A stretch of 64,000 nucleotides of DNA from Amoebidium appalachense (GCA_963693365.1 CAVNZM010000002.1:10968328-11032327); one strand, 5' to 3'. Positions 43,376 through 63,962 are shown, counted from the stretch's first letter. Translations and numbers: made by a program. Notes: generated by a model not told the origin, from the letters alone.

Positions 43376-43722
43376 TCACAAATCCCACCTCCTCAGTGTC
43401 CCATCCAACCCCGCACTGACCACCCTCCTGCCGCCAACCACCTGCACCCCCTCCACCGTATCAAAGTGCCCGCTGTGTTCCTTGCACCCGCTCTCCCTCT
43501 CCACCTCCCACACTCTCACCCCCCCGTCCCTGCTCCCCGTGACAAGGTGTGACCCCCACACTGTGACTGCGCGCACCCAGTCTTTGTGTTTGTACGTGCG
43601 GAGCGCCTTCGTCTGCCGGGGGTCCCACTGTTTGGCGGTGTGGTCGGCTGACCCTGAGTAGATGTAGCCTGTGTGTGTGTGTGTACGTGTGTACGCATGT
43701 GTGTGTGTGTGTGTGTATGTGT

Positions 43723-43764
<42 letters not shown>

Positions 43765-43782
43765 GCGTGTGTGTACGTGTGT

Positions 43783-43866
<84 letters not shown>

Positions 43867-44806
43867 TGTGTGTGTGTGGTGGTGGGTGGGTGGGTGGTTG
43901 TGGGGGGGTAGAGGGGCGTATAGTTGAGTCAACAGGCACTAATGACACATAGGAACAGTTGGGGCATGGTTGACAGAGCATGATGTGTTTGGAAGTGGAG
44001 CGGGCACGCCAAATTTCTTGATAACAAAATTTTTAGAAAAAGGCGGAGACAAGAGGGCGGATAAATGTGGTGTGTGTGTGTGGGGGGGGGGGGGGGGGGG
44101 GGGGGGGGAGAAGGCTGGGTGGAGTAGAGTCGTGGAAGGGCGGGGAGGAAGGGAGGAGGCTGGGTGGAGTAGAGTGGGGGGGGGGGGGGGGGGGAGGGAG
44201 GGGGGGGGGGGGGGGGGGGAGAAGGAAAGAACAGGAAGGGAGGAGGTGGAGGAAGGTGGTGGGAGAAAGGAGCAAGCAGGATGGCATGCTTGTGGTATTG
44301 GTGGTAACAAAAAAGTGTGTGTGCATGTGTGGGGTAGGGGGGGGGGGGGGGGGGGGGGAAGGGGGGGGGGGAGGGGGGTCACATACCCTCCTCCAGAGTC
44401 AATGCATATACGCTCGTGCTGTGGCCCTCCCATGTAGCTACACACTGTGCACTGGCCGTGTCTATTGTTCTTATGAAGCTGTCCGAGCATGCCGTGTACA
44501 CGGCACCACCCTCCTCAGACACACAGATGCCTTCGATGCCCCGTCGGTGTACGTTGCCGAGAGTCTAAGAAAGGGTTAAAGAGTGAGTGCTTGTATGCGG
44601 TAATCGACAAAGGTTTATGAGGTGTGAGATGTAAACACCAAGCCAACCACCACAACATCCACAAGCAGAATACACATCCAAGCTGCCTCATAACCCTACA
44701 TTGAATACTTCATCTTGTGTCCCTCCATTCTCCCCCCTCCCCCCTCCCTCCCCCCTCCCTCCCCCCTCCCTCCCCCCTCCCCCTCCCAACCCCCCCCCCC
44801 CCCCCC

Positions 44807-44838
<32 letters not shown>

Positions 44839-45387
44839 ACCCACCTACCCCAAACCTTACCCTGCCACCGCCCCACCCCACTCCGCCCTAAGTCAACCCC
44901 TCCCCCCTCGCGCCTTTGCATGCTCACAGTGCTGGCCTAGGCCAACCGCCATCATCTGTCCTCTTACTCTCCCTCCCCTTCCATACCCCCCCCCCCCCCC
45001 CCCCCCCCCCCCCTTTCCCCCGGTGCCCCTCCTCCCCCTTGCCCACCGCCTGTCCTAACTCCCTTAAATATAAATGCTTTGCCTTCGGACCAAACGGTGG
45101 CTCGTGAAGGTCTGGAGGTGAGAGCTGGAGGTGAGGGAGGAGGGGTTTGAATGCGGAACACGGTACGAAGTACACATGCACGATGAGAAGCATGGTGCAG
45201 GACACATGCATAGGCAAACATTCAAGTATGCAACATCAGCCATGCGCACAGTATGCGTCATAAGCACAGAGGTGTGGGGAGGGTGGGGGGTGGGGGGGGG
45301 GGGGGGGTCGGCTGTAAACAAATGTAATGAACAGCAAGTGCATTGGGGTGGCAGCGGAGCGCAAAGTTTTGGAAGTGGAGTGGGATG

Positions 45388-45438
<51 letters not shown>

Positions 45439-45820
45439 GGGGGTGGGTGGGTGGACGGGGAGGTGGTGGGGGGGATGGGGGGAACATTGGACACCCACCT
45501 TTATCAATGTCCCCGTAGTCAGGTCCCACAGGCGCAGTGTCTTATCCGACCCCCCACTGTACAGCGTGGTGCCAGCAATGGCTAGGGCCTTCACATAGTC
45601 CGTATGCCCCTCTAACGTACGCACCAACACACCGGATTTTCTCGACCAAACACGGATGGTTTTGTCCCAAGACCCAGTTATGAGAACGTCTCCGGCAATA
45701 AGAAGAGAGGAAACGGGGCCCTTGTGGCCGGAAAAAACCATCCCAGGTGTGCCTGTGGCTGTGTTGATGGTTCGGATGGCGCACACGGCATCACCGATGT
45801 AGCCTATGCCTTCCTCGGAA

Positions 45821-45859
<39 letters not shown>

Positions 45860-45914
45860 CATGCGTGTGTGTGTGGGGGGGTGTGCGTGCGTGCGTGCGT
45901 GTGTGTGTGCGTGC

Positions 45915-45947
<33 letters not shown>

Positions 45948-46090
45948 TGTGTGTTTGTGTGTGTGTGTGCCGGTTGAGTCAGCTTACTGAGAAGAGAGGT
46001 AGGGAGGAAGGAGGAAGGAAGGAGGGTGGGGGGGGAAGGGGGGGGGGGGGGGGGGGGGGAAGAAGGTAAAGGCGGATATGTGAGGTGCAT

Positions 46091-46124
<34 letters not shown>

Positions 46125-46542
46125 GCGAGGACAACTATCTTCCCAGTGTGGCCCTTGCGTTTCAAAAAAAAACAGTATTGTTGTACATGAGTTCTCAACA
46201 AAAATATTAAGTCACTGTGCTACAGATATACTGTTGGACACCTGGAAAAAAGCACATACCCAATTCAACTCATGATTCGAATCATAAGGGGACAGTAGTA
46301 TGCCCATACATTCGCTCATCGTGACCAAGTGAGCACAATTTAAGTTTACGACACCGCCACATCACGGTCCAACTCGCCCTGAAGAAGCACAGATATCCAC
46401 CCACATGTATTCTTAAGCTAGCAACAACAAAACACACACACAAGCAAACACACACATATGCCACAAACTTAGGCGCACCACACACACACACACAGACACA
46501 CACACACACTCACGAACCAAAAAAAAAAACACACATAGACAC

Positions 46543-46599
<57 letters not shown>

Positions 46600-46665
46600 A
46601 TCCATCAACACACACACAAACTAACGTACACAAGCATACACACACACACACACACACAGACACAC

Positions 46666-46743
<78 letters not shown>

Positions 46744-47306
46744 TGCACACACACACACACGGACACACACATACGCACATACGTATAAACACACACATAC
46801 ACACACGCGCACACAGACACACACACGCACAGACACACAGACACATTCACGCGTGCACACGTGCAGGCACAAACACAGCGACAACACATGCACACACAAC
46901 AGCAAGGCACACTCAGGCACACCATACACACAGACACCACAACCACGTACACCGCAACACACATGCACCCTACCTGCATGCACAGTGCCTTTGCTGGGAG
47001 CTTCACCGCCTGACCCTTATCATAGTTTACACTGGCCAAAATCTCCTGCTGCCTTCTCAGGTCAGAATCACTCTGGAAAAACAGGTCTCTATTGTCTTTG
47101 ATGTGTGGCCCATCCTGCGTGCTCTCCTCTTCCACCTTTTTCTGTTCTCTTCCAGGAATCGCCAGATTGGATAGGTCTACGCCCTGGGCCTCAAACTGCC
47201 TCACTGCATCCTCCACCGCCTCCTCCCTTTCCATTTCAAACGTGCTGATGTTTTCTTCAACAGCAGCGTCAAAGGTTTCCTGCGTTATCTGCTTTTTGTC
47301 CTTCAT
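43376..47306 (-). CDS. WD40-repeat protein with an ARMC6-like N-terminal motif, 4 exons, ~375 aa
   Basis: Exons 47306-46974, 45822-45499, 44564-44387 and 43668-43376 join in frame (1128 nt). WD repeats: GHKGPV...[18 protein letters not shown]...[18 protein letters not shown]...[30 protein letters not shown]...[13 protein letters not shown]-terminus [42 protein letters not shown]. Confidence 0.88.
45143..45271 (-). repeat. Dispersed intronic element, subtype B (near-identical copy at 55823-55949; diverged copies at 29136-29226 +, 39036-39548 +, 50341-50385 -, 63540-63635 -)
   Basis: The + strand text GGTTTGAATGCGGAACAC(G/A)GTACGAAGTAC...CAGCCATGCGCACAGTATGCGTCATAAGCA occurs at both 45143 and 55823. 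Confidence 0.8.
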
Positions 47307-48428
47307 CTTCCAAGTTATAAGCCCTCTAAATACTATGTGTTTCCTTTTTTTTCGGTGGTAAAGCCACGCCAGCAATGGATTTGTATGATGCAAGGTGCGG
47401 ATCTCAGCTGCAGGCAAGACTCGATGTTGCACACTTCGGTAATCAAGTCTTCCTTCCTTCAGTGTCTGTGTAACTGAACTTGGGCGCACAAACAAGAAGC
47501 AAGGATTTTGCTTTACACTGCGTTGTTAAAGAAAAAACTACCTCACACTAACATCTATGAAACATGCAAACCTCCGAACCTTCTCTTCTCACCTAAGAAA
47601 TTGCACATATGCCGACAGCTGTCTTCCGCTGCTAGGCCTAGGGGGCCCCCGCGAGGAGAGGACCGGAAATTTTCGCGCCTAGATCTGTGACAAACCAATC
47701 ATATTTGTATCCTCGACCTTGGATTTGTCGTGCAAGCAACATTATCGAGGGAAAGGGGGATTTATTCTGTGAATTCATGAAAAGAAAAAAATGAATTCAT
47801 GAAAAGCACAGTCATTTTGTTTTTATTTTTATAATGCCTTTATTGATGTTTTCTTCAAAATAGAATCAATCGAGATATCACAGCTATATATCTTAGAAAA
47901 GATAAAACAACCTCAACCCGATGAAAGCATACAACCCGATGAAAGCATACACCTTGAAAAACTAAGCCTTATGTCTCGTTTTATATATTAATGACCGCCT
48001 TAACCATATTGCCAAATATGGCACTCGCAAATGTGTAACACCTAAATACATATTACCTTCCTGTAGAATTGGTCTTTCTCTAGCTGATGGTATTATTGAT
48101 CACATACCACGCTTTTAAATTTACTGTACACGTGTTATACAGTGGAGACCTAATAAGTATAAGTTGGCATCGTTTGCATGCCCAAACAACACACACACAC
48201 ACCAGTTTAAACGGTCATGTATCGCCAAATGTAGTTTGATAGACCACATAATACCGCAACACACACACGTCACATTCACAACAGACACCCAGAAAGATAG
48301 CCTGCGTAAACCCCAAGATAGCCTACCTAAAAGTTACAACATCCTTGATTTTATACTAAACACGCGAAACTACGACCTGTTTATTAGATGTATTGATTGG
48401 CTTGAGAAACACATCATTACAAAATTCT

Positions 48429-48481
<53 letters not shown>

Positions 48482-48873
48482 CAGCTGATACCGAGTGTCC
48501 CAGGGGAGCCCGAGGAAAAAAAAAAAAAAAAAAAAAAAAACGGGGAACCCCAATTGCAACTAATTGATTTTTCTTAGTCTTGACGGTGTCTCGTAGAGAA
48601 AGTAAACCCTGATATATAATCATCACCCGACAGCTATGTACGTGATCATGATATACCGCTGAGGGGATATTCCGTGCAAAAAACCCCCCATACCTGAGAC
48701 TGGTCTCTCTTTGCCTCGAGTAAACAGCGTAAACCCCAACCTATTACATACTCTTGGGTACGAAGCAAACGAAACCCACAAACGACTTGGGTAATCATAA
48801 ACCCGAGTACGTGCCGAAATTTCGGCAAAGCTCAAAAACGGAGCCCCCCCCCCCCCCCCCCCCTCCCCCCCCC

Positions 48874-48924
<51 letters not shown>

Positions 48925-49053
48925 ACACACACACCCCGTGGCCACCCCCCCACCCCCCACACCCCCACCCCCCACCCCATGGCCACCCCCAACGTTTGTG
49001 TTTGGGAGTCGTTCCACGGTCCAGAGTTGAGAAAGAATGGATCGATTGGCAGC

Positions 49054-49167
<114 letters not shown>

Positions 49168-49887
49168 GGGGAGGGGGGTTGGCCAAGCTTGAGTATCTGT
49201 GATATGGCAGAAGCATTCAATACGAGCTGCATTCTGTCATACTAGCACCAGTCAGTGTTGCTTCCATGTGCAATGGAGGCTGCCCACTCATGATCGAGTG
49301 AGCGTGCAATGTTAAATTAAATATTTAATTTTTGCATGTACCTACGTATACATGGTGGGATTTGAAGTTTAAAGTGTCGCTCAAAGCCTTTCGCAGTGGA
49401 CAACTTGAAGCCAGCAATTAAATTGGTCTCTAAAACAAAAATGATGGACTAAAATGTATAAACACCTTACCACCCACCACACTGCATCATTCACGTAAAA
49501 GTTCAGAACCAACCCCCTCCCCCCCCCCCCCCCCCCCCCTCCTCCCCGCATGTGACCGCCTCTCTAAAGTGACAAGTGCGAGTCATGGATCACGTGAAGG
49601 TGTTCAAATGAAACTTCAAATTTCAGAATCCTTAGCCATACATAATGCCACAAGGTGCTCCAGCCCTTCCCCCCCCCCCCCCCCCCCCCCCCCTCCCTCC
49701 CCCCCCCTCCCCCCCCCCCCCCCCCCCCCCCCCGGGCAAACACACACACTCCCTTTCCCCGGAAAAAACAAAACAAAAAAAAAGCAAAGAAAGAACAGGG
49801 GAAAGCAGCATACTATTTGAACGGTAACCCCAAGTAACCAGGCTCATAACAAACCAAAAACCCCTGATACTATCTTACAGGCCACAA

Positions 49888-56094
<6,207 letters not shown>

Positions 56095-57132
56095 GGTTGC
56101 AGTCTCCTGTGTTTCTGTTGTGAAGGAGTTCTTATCCACGGCAGCTCTGGGAATAATGTCTGCAGCTAACTGGGGTAAAGCGGTCGGTGTGGTGTGTAGA
56201 TGGCGCCAATTCCCGTGCCTGGCTGTTTAGGAACCAAGAAGCCGCTATGCAATTATTACACTCTTCCTAGATGCCCACGTCTCTTCTCATCCATCTGAGC
56301 TAAATTGGCGATGAGCAAAACTTCTCTGTTTGCACACCTACTGGTCTATGGCTAGCACTAAAGCCAAAAAGAAAAATGGTGCGTGTCACTACTGCCTTCC
56401 TTCAATCTTGGCACGTTGACCACCCTTATCACACCTCTTGAACTTACTACAAACACACAGGACTGCCACACTGCCACTAAACAACGACAAATTGCACCCG
56501 GTTTTTTGAGAAAAGCAAATTTGAGGCCTTTGGCTCACCGATGCCATTTATAGTAGGCTGTTTGCGCAATCACTGACACACCATTCAGCCGGAGCGCACC
56601 ACTTAGCTTTGTAAACCACAAAACCACAAATGTTCATGTTGGTTTCCAAGCGCTTGTACATGTTGGTTTCCAAGCGCTTGTGCATGTTCAAGCAAGTAGG
56701 GGCAGATTATCAATTCAAAAGTCTCGCCTCCTCGTCCGACGCTTGAACACACCCCAGTCCACTGTTGGTATGGTGGCTACAGGAGGGCACTATAGTATTA
56801 GCATACATGGGGTTCTGCCTCTCTGCTCGAGATCTTGGTTGGTTCTGCGTCTCAAAACCCTTGCGGATGTTCCACATCGAGCAGTCTTATGCTACCTGAT
56901 GAGTGTTCTCCTGCTACTCCGTGGCTACTAATGCGGTCTATAAATTACTACCAACCTTATAGTTACTGCCAGGCTTTATTACCTTCCTTTGGCCCACTAT
57001 CAGCAACCTCACTGTTCCAGTGATCACATCCCGGACCTGCTACCGGAGTCGCCACACCCTTCCCCTCCGGATCCGAATCCACCGTAGCCTTCCCCATCTC
57101 CCCTCCATTCCCTCTCCTTCCAAGCTTCTGGA
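56095..57132. promoter_or_regulatory. Probable bidirectional promoter between GID8 and the prenol kinase gene
   Basis: Divergent ATGs about 1 kb apart, microsatellite-free. Contains a 24-bp direct duplication CATGTTGGTTTCCAAGCGCTTGT at 56635 and 56659. Confidence 0.45.
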
Positions 57133-57647
57133 ATGGCGTTTGGCATGCACGACTTTTTTGCGTTCGTCGGATCGGTGGCTGTAGCCGTCAGCTGGCTGCT
57201 GTTCGGCAAGCTGCTTGCTGCACGCAACATGGTGCCCCCGGTGGTGTCACGCAAACTGGCCCACATAGGCACAGGTGTGGCTACTCATTTGTTTCCCCCC
57301 AACATGTAAATTATCACAGGCCACTTGTCACTTCTTATCGAATGGTCTTGTGTGATGCTACTTGTCGTTTGGTGTACCTTTGAACAGTAGCGACATGCTT
57401 CGTCACTTTCTCGCACTCGGTCCCTCCTGCAAACATCATTCAGGAACAGGCCCACGCTCTTTCATTCTTTTCAACTTCCCCTCCGATCTGCAACTCCCTC
57501 CCCCTCCACCCCCCTCCCCTCCCCTCCAAACCCCCAACCCCCCCATAAGCATGACACACACACACACACACACACATTCGCACACACACACACGCACACA
57601 ATTACACATTAAAACATACAGACACGCCGGTCGAAGGGCCCCCGAGG

Positions 57648-57685
<38 letters not shown>

Positions 57686-58780
57686 GGGAAGGGAGGGAGG
57701 GGGGAGGGGGTGGAGGGGGGGGGGGGGGGGGGGGGCAGGCAATATGCATGGAAAATGTCATTTTTTTCACACGGTCAGCATTTATTAATGGTACTTTACG
57801 TGGCGTCGATGGTTTTTCCTACGCACTGACCAAAACACCACTAATGCCGTACTACCCAGGGCCCCTCTTTCTTGTGTGCTGGGGGCTCTACTCGGACGGG
57901 TCCTATGCAAAGTATGTGGCTGCAAGTGTGCCGGCCATCCTGACCTTCCAGTTCTTTCTGGTCGGCGTCGGATTCGTCAAGGTATGTCGGGAGAAGAGAG
58001 CATGTTGAGCAGCGACGCTATTTAGTATATTTATTTGTTTATCTATGTAACATGACTATTTGTTATTCGTGGCGATTTGTATTTGTTATTACTGTTCTTA
58101 TTCTATTATATTCTGCTTTATTTTGTGCGTGTGTGTGTGTTTGGGGGGGGTGGGGGGGGGGGGGGGGTGGGGGGGACCTTTGAGAGGTTAGCGATTGAAA
58201 GGAAGACATGGGGGGCTAAGGTGGGTTGTTTTGGTTTGTAAGGAAGACTTCTAATGACGAGGAGCATTTAGCTTGCAGAGGAAGACGGTGATGGTCATAG
58301 TGGTTATGATTTGTATGTATGTGTGTAGAGGGAGGGGGGAAGAGGGGGGGGTGGGGGGTGGGGAGAAGGAGGTGTACGTAAAGGGCGGACAGACAGAGGT
58401 TGAGGTGGGGTGGGGGGGGGGGGGGTGGGGAGAGGGGGGTGGGGTGGGTGGGGTGGGGAGGGGGGGGAGAGAGCGGGGCAACCGAGATTTTCCGGAGGGG
58501 CAAGGAGGAGGGCGATGTGTGGTGGAGCTATAGGAAGGGTGGCAGGCACGGTTGAAGTATACATATGCATGCAAAATGAAAATGAAGGGTCAGTAACACT
58601 TGTCCCCTCTCCCTAGGAAAAGCGGGGGAGGGTGGCCGGGGAGAGGAGGGGGAGGGAGGGGGGAGGGGAAGGGGGGGGGGGGGGAGGGGGGGGGGGGGGG
58701 GAGAGGAATTGTTGCTGAAGGCCAGGCACCATTCATTACTAATGCTCGACAACCGGTTTGGCTGTGCACAATTCACATAG

Positions 58781-58833
<53 letters not shown>

Positions 58834-60743
58834 ACGAGGACTTTGTGCGGTCGATATCCCGCAGCGGCAGCAGGCAGGAGCTGCTCAAGGGCCCACTGAC
58901 GTACGGATTGGTGCACGTGCTGGCCGCAGTCGTGAGTGATTTATAAAATTTAAAATAGCGCTTGAGGGAAGGACTATCGGTGTAGACGCTGGGGGCTGCA
59001 CAGTGAAGTGCCTATGTTCGACGAATCGTGGCATATACGTATAACTTGTGGGTCAGCACAGTTCTTAATGTTGTCATTGGTTGGCTTTTTTATGTTTGTT
59101 TTTTTTCCCCTCTTTCATTATTGATATTTTGTTGTTGTTGTTGGATGGGGGGAGAGGGGCGGGGGAGGGGAGGGGAGGGGGGGGAAGGGGGGGGGGGGGG
59201 GGGGGGGGGGGGGAGGGGTGGGGAAGGAGGGGAGAGCTGCAGTGCGGGCTGTGAGAGGGGAGATGGTGGGAAAGGCATGCAGGCCCGCGTGCCCCATGTG
59301 CTCAGAGTGGCTGTATGTAGCGCATCGATCCTATGGTAGACGGGTTGCCTTGCCGACTGCCTTTCCTTCTATTAATGGATGCAGCCTGCCTTAGGCTTTG
59401 CTAATTTTGTGCTAAGAACCGAAAAGTTGTCGTTTTTCGTGAGTGTTTTGGCAATCGCACACCTGTATAGTTGTTTGCTCAGTTTGCTTGCTGTAAAAGA
59501 CTGCAACCTATTGTGCAGCACAAGTCTTGCCGTGGTTTAATTTGGGGCTGCCCCTAGTGTGTGTGTGCCCCATAGGGATGTATCTTTAACTCACCTGCAC
59601 CCCGATTATTGACTTGCATATTTTCTTCTGTGCAGGCGTTTTGGCGCCATAACCGGGCCGGGGTACTGTCCGTCCTCCTTTTGTGTTTGGGTGACGGCTT
59701 TGCAGATGTGATTGGCAGGTGTGTGTAGCCACCCCCCTCCCCCTCTCTCTCCCCCCCCTCCCCCTCTCCCCCCCCCCCCCCCCCCCCCCCGCTTCCCCCA
59801 CCCTCCCCTATCCTCTCCCCCTCCCCCCCGGCCCCACCCTCCTCCCTCCTTTTTCGTTCTCGAGCTGAATGGCGACCGATTCCACATGTATGTTCCGTTA
59901 TGTGTGTGATCACCTGTCACTTTGTGCATGCACCCCTCATGCACTCATGCACCCGTTTATTTCATCTTCTATATCCTCCCCTCTACCCCCCTCCCTCCCC
60001 TTCAATGCCCTTTTTTCGGGCAATCCTCCCCCCGCCCCTTCCCGCCTTTTTTTTGTGTGTGTGTGTGGTGGGGGGCGGGGGGGGAGGGGGGGGGGGGGGG
60101 TTAGTCAACGTTACATGTGAAGAGTAGGTGTGGTTATGGGGATGTGGGGGGGGTATCTCTACACGTGTCCGTGTGTGCCACCTGTGTACGTGTGCATGTG
60201 CTTGTGTGTGTTCCCACGGGCGTGCACGCGTGTGTGGGTGTGTACATACACGTGTGTGTCTTCGCAGTTCCTTCTTTGTATAACTGTGTTGTTACAATGG
60301 CATCTTGCCATGTCTTGCTGTGTCCATTTTCTTTTCCCCTCTCCCCGTCCGTGTGTGTGTGCATGCATGCCATCACACACACCCTTTGCATGCACCTGAC
60401 CTCTCCATTTTGCAGGCAGTATGGGACCACCAGGCTGCCATGGCATGCAACGAAGACTGTGGCTGGCTCAGGTGCGTGCAATGCAATTGCAATGTGCATG
60501 TGCTGGTGTATATGTCTGTGTGTGCTCCGACATCCCGCTGCCGGTGTTTTTTGGGACTCTTTGGGTAGGGGAGGTGGGTGGGGGGGGGGGGGGAGGGCGG
60601 GGAGGTGGGGGGAGGGGGGAGGGGGGGGGGGCACGGAGAGTAGGTGGGGGGGGGGGGGGGGGGGGGGGGGGGGACGGGGGGAAGAAGAGGAAAGGGTCTC
60701 ACCGAGGTGTGTGCATGCATGAGTGGGTTTGTGTGTTTGCTTT

Positions 60744-60783
<40 letters not shown>

Positions 60784-62083
60784 GTGTTTGTGCTTTGTGG
60801 TTGTCTGTGTCCATGTTCATGGGTTGGTGTGTGTGCTTCACGGTTAGGAAATGTGTCTGGTATTTTTTTTATTTATTTTGCGTGTGTGCGCGCGTACCAT
60901 AGTAAATGTGTGTATTTGTGTGGGAGCCTCCAAGGCTGCCTGTGTGTGTGTGTGTGTGCCTACGTGTATTTGTGCGTGTGTGCGTGTGATTGAGGGTTGT
61001 GTTTGTGCATGTGTTTGTGTCTGTGTTCTAACCTCTGTGCATGCGGTAAGAACCGCGCTGCAGATGTCTTCTGTTGGGTCTATGCATGCATTCGTTAAAA
61101 CCCTGAGTGGCGCTGCGGACACGGAGCATGGCATCATATGTCTTCGTAAAACAAAGGGCCCCTCAAGAAAAAAGGGGGAGAAAAGGAGGGGGGAAGGGGG
61201 TTGGGGGGAGGCAGGGGGAGGGGGGAGGGGCTGGAGAGGGGGGAGGGGGGGGGGGGGGGGGGGGGGGGGAAGAAGATGAAAGAATGGTGTCAAATATGAT
61301 CCGTGCCCTCAGGAGGATTTGGCAACACACGCTAACTTACCGTACTGTGTTTTGATGCAGTGGCATTCTTTGTGAGCTCTCTTGTGGGCATGGTGGCCTA
61401 TGTGAGTCTGTTTGACCATTGGGCCTGGTTCCTTGAGTGCCCTGCCCTGGGTCCCAGCTACTGGCTTAGGTATGAATGGTCCCTAGCACACTGGACGTCT
61501 TCCCTTCCTTCCTTTCTGTTGCAAGGGCTCAGTTTCATGCTTGTTTGTTTTTTCCCTCCTCCTTTTTGTTTTCATGCTGTGTCCTTTTTGTTTTGTTTTG
61601 TTTTGTTTTGTTTTATTTTTTATTTTTATTTTTTGGGGGGGGGAGGGGGGGGAAGGGGGGGAGTGAGGGGAGGGGAGGGGGGGGGGGGGGGGCTCTTATG
61701 TTTGGCCCCCTGCTCAGTGGCTTTCTTCCCTGCCCTTCTTTATGTTGCTGTGGTTTTTTCATGTCTTTCTTTTTCTTTTGAGTCAAAGTTTTTTCTTCAT
61801 AAAGTGTCTTGTTAGTTCTTTTTTGTTGTTGTTTTTTGGGCCCTTTCACAGTGGAGGCGTGGATGTGGTGCCTGAGGAAAGGAAAGAACGAAATGGTTGA
61901 AGGCGGGTGTGCTTTTTTTTTTTTTTTTTGGGGGGGGGGGGGGGGGCACTGCATGTGTGCTATTGTGCATCATCAGTGGATGGGTGGTTGGGCATGCATG
62001 CATGCGAGTGCTATCGTGCGCTTGTTTATAAATAGCTGTTTTCCTTTTTATATCCTTTTTTTTTTTTGGGGGGGGGGGGGGGT

Positions 62084-62117
<34 letters not shown>

Positions 62118-62431
62118 GGGGGGGGGGGGCTGGGGACGGATGTGCTAGACTGAAAGAGCAAGTGTATGGGGCGGTAGAGAGATTGTGAACAGTGTACCAC
62201 GAGGGGCTGAGAACGGAGCAGGGGTGGGGGGGGGGGGGGGGGGGGGGGGGGGGAGGCATGGGCTCAAGTAGTGGTTGCCATGGCAACACTGACTATTGAT
62301 TGGTGGGCACGGGCAGGCTGGTGATACTGGCTGGGGGGGCCACGCTAGTGGAGGGATCACTGTCGCATGAGTGGGACAATGTGTGTGTGTTTGTGGCTGC
62401 CGTGGCTGGATGCTACCTGCTGGCACTTTGA
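57133..62431 (+). CDS. Phytol/farnesol kinase (VTE5/FOLK-like, CTP-dependent prenol kinase), 7 exons, ~241 aa
   Basis: Exons 57133-57274, 57860-57981, 58833-58931, 59636-59718, 60416-60471, 61361-61469 and 62317-62431 join in frame (726 nt). Motifs: SRKLAHIGTGPLFLVCW, VRSISRSGSRQELLKGPLTYG, GDGFADVIGR, LPWHATKTVAGS, ATLVE...DN. Confidence 0.88.
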
Positions 62432-63040
62432 AAATGTGAATTGGTCTCCCGAGCTTTCAGTGGCCTATTAAAACTTGTTATATAGTAATATATAAAGGTG
62501 GGTCGCTTGAAAGAATATGATTTAGATGGGTTGGAAGTTGGGTTTAAATTTGGCAGGGAGTAAGTATTTTAAAACCACGTGACAGTGCACCTGCATGTTT
62601 CAGCTGTGTGCAGTTGATGTTACTGGAAGATATGTTAGTTAGAAGAGAGCGCATAGCACTACATAACTAAGCTCGCACCATTGAATTTATAATTGGTTGG
62701 GTTTGATCAGATCTAGAGTGGCATGGCCGAGCACTGGGTAGTTATTAAGAATGATGTTTGCGAAACGTGCATCATAGAAAATTAGAATCCTCGCAGGATC
62801 TGTACGTATAAATATATACATGTGATTGTTTTCCTATATTACATGTGAAAGCAGATCTAGGTGGACTGAGACTTTGACTTGAGTTAGCGACGATTTGTGA
62901 AATTTACACCTTTGAAATATCTATTTTTAAAATGATCACGATTGCCACGGGTCCCCTACGTCACGGGTTATTGGAACAATTAGTGTCCTCATGTTTCATA
63001 TGCTGGACTTAATTTTCCGTTTTAAATGCGCTTACCGTTG

Positions 63041-63140
63041 TCATGATTGGGCTGAGGCTGAGTGTGACACTGGCCATAGTATTAGTGAATTCTAATACGA
63101 ACACGGAAAACATGTAACAAACACACACACACACATGTGT

Positions 63141-63171
<31 letters not shown>

Positions 63172-63242
63172 GTGTGTGTGTGTGCGTTCACGTGTGTGTG
63201 TGTGTGCACGTGTGTCTCATGGAGAGAGAGAGAGAAAGGGAG

Positions 63243-63288
<46 letters not shown>

Positions 63289-63455
63289 TCAGAGAGAGAG
63301 GCTGAGAGATGGGGAGGGGGATTTTATGTGTTATGCTAAGTAGTACTGTATTTCACGGTTGCCCCCTAATACTATGCGGCCCAGACCAGCAGCCTCTGCA
63401 ATAAAATTTCGCTCCTATGTGCCTCACCCCCCCCCCCCTTCCCCCTTTTCCCTCA

Positions 63456-63486
<31 letters not shown>

Positions 63487-63725
63487 CTCCACTCTCTCTC
63501 CCGCCCCGGAGCCTCAGGGTGGGAGGGGGGAGGGGGGAGTGCGGTACAGCTCAGAGTACGAAGTATATGCATTCAGTACCGTACGGCCCTACTAAGACTG
63601 GCAACACATTGCAGATACAGCAAACCACACATGAACAACTAAATGGTATGATTATGAATCGTAAGTAAAGCCCATACTTAGGGAGGCCAAGCCATCCACA
63701 GTATCCACACACCCACCGCGGAGTT
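63041..63725 (-). CDS. Possible last two exons of a minus-strand gene entering from the right edge
   Basis: Candidate exons 63725-63678 (AG...GTATGG) and 63069-63041 (CTAAT branch-like motif, AG, TGA) join in frame as ...LRGGCVDTVDGLASLMSHSASAQS*. The intervening intron holds a minus-oriented copy of the sense-biased intronic element. No homology recognised. Confidence 0.3.
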
Positions 63726-63847
63726 CTGAGTGAACACACACACAGACACAAGTGACACATGGCATACACGTGGCACACATGCATAAATGCACGCACAACT
63801 ACACATGTGCACGTGCTCACACACACACACACACAAACACACCGTAT

Positions 63848-63899
<52 letters not shown>

Positions 63900-63962
63900 C
63901 ACAGGCACACGCGTGCACACACACCCACACACATACACACACACATACACACACACACGTAC

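Noticed and set aside
47770-47952. Short direct duplications (TGAATTCATGAAAAG x2; CAACCCGATGAAAGCATA x2)
   Set aside because: Ordinary two-copy slippage duplications with no further structure.
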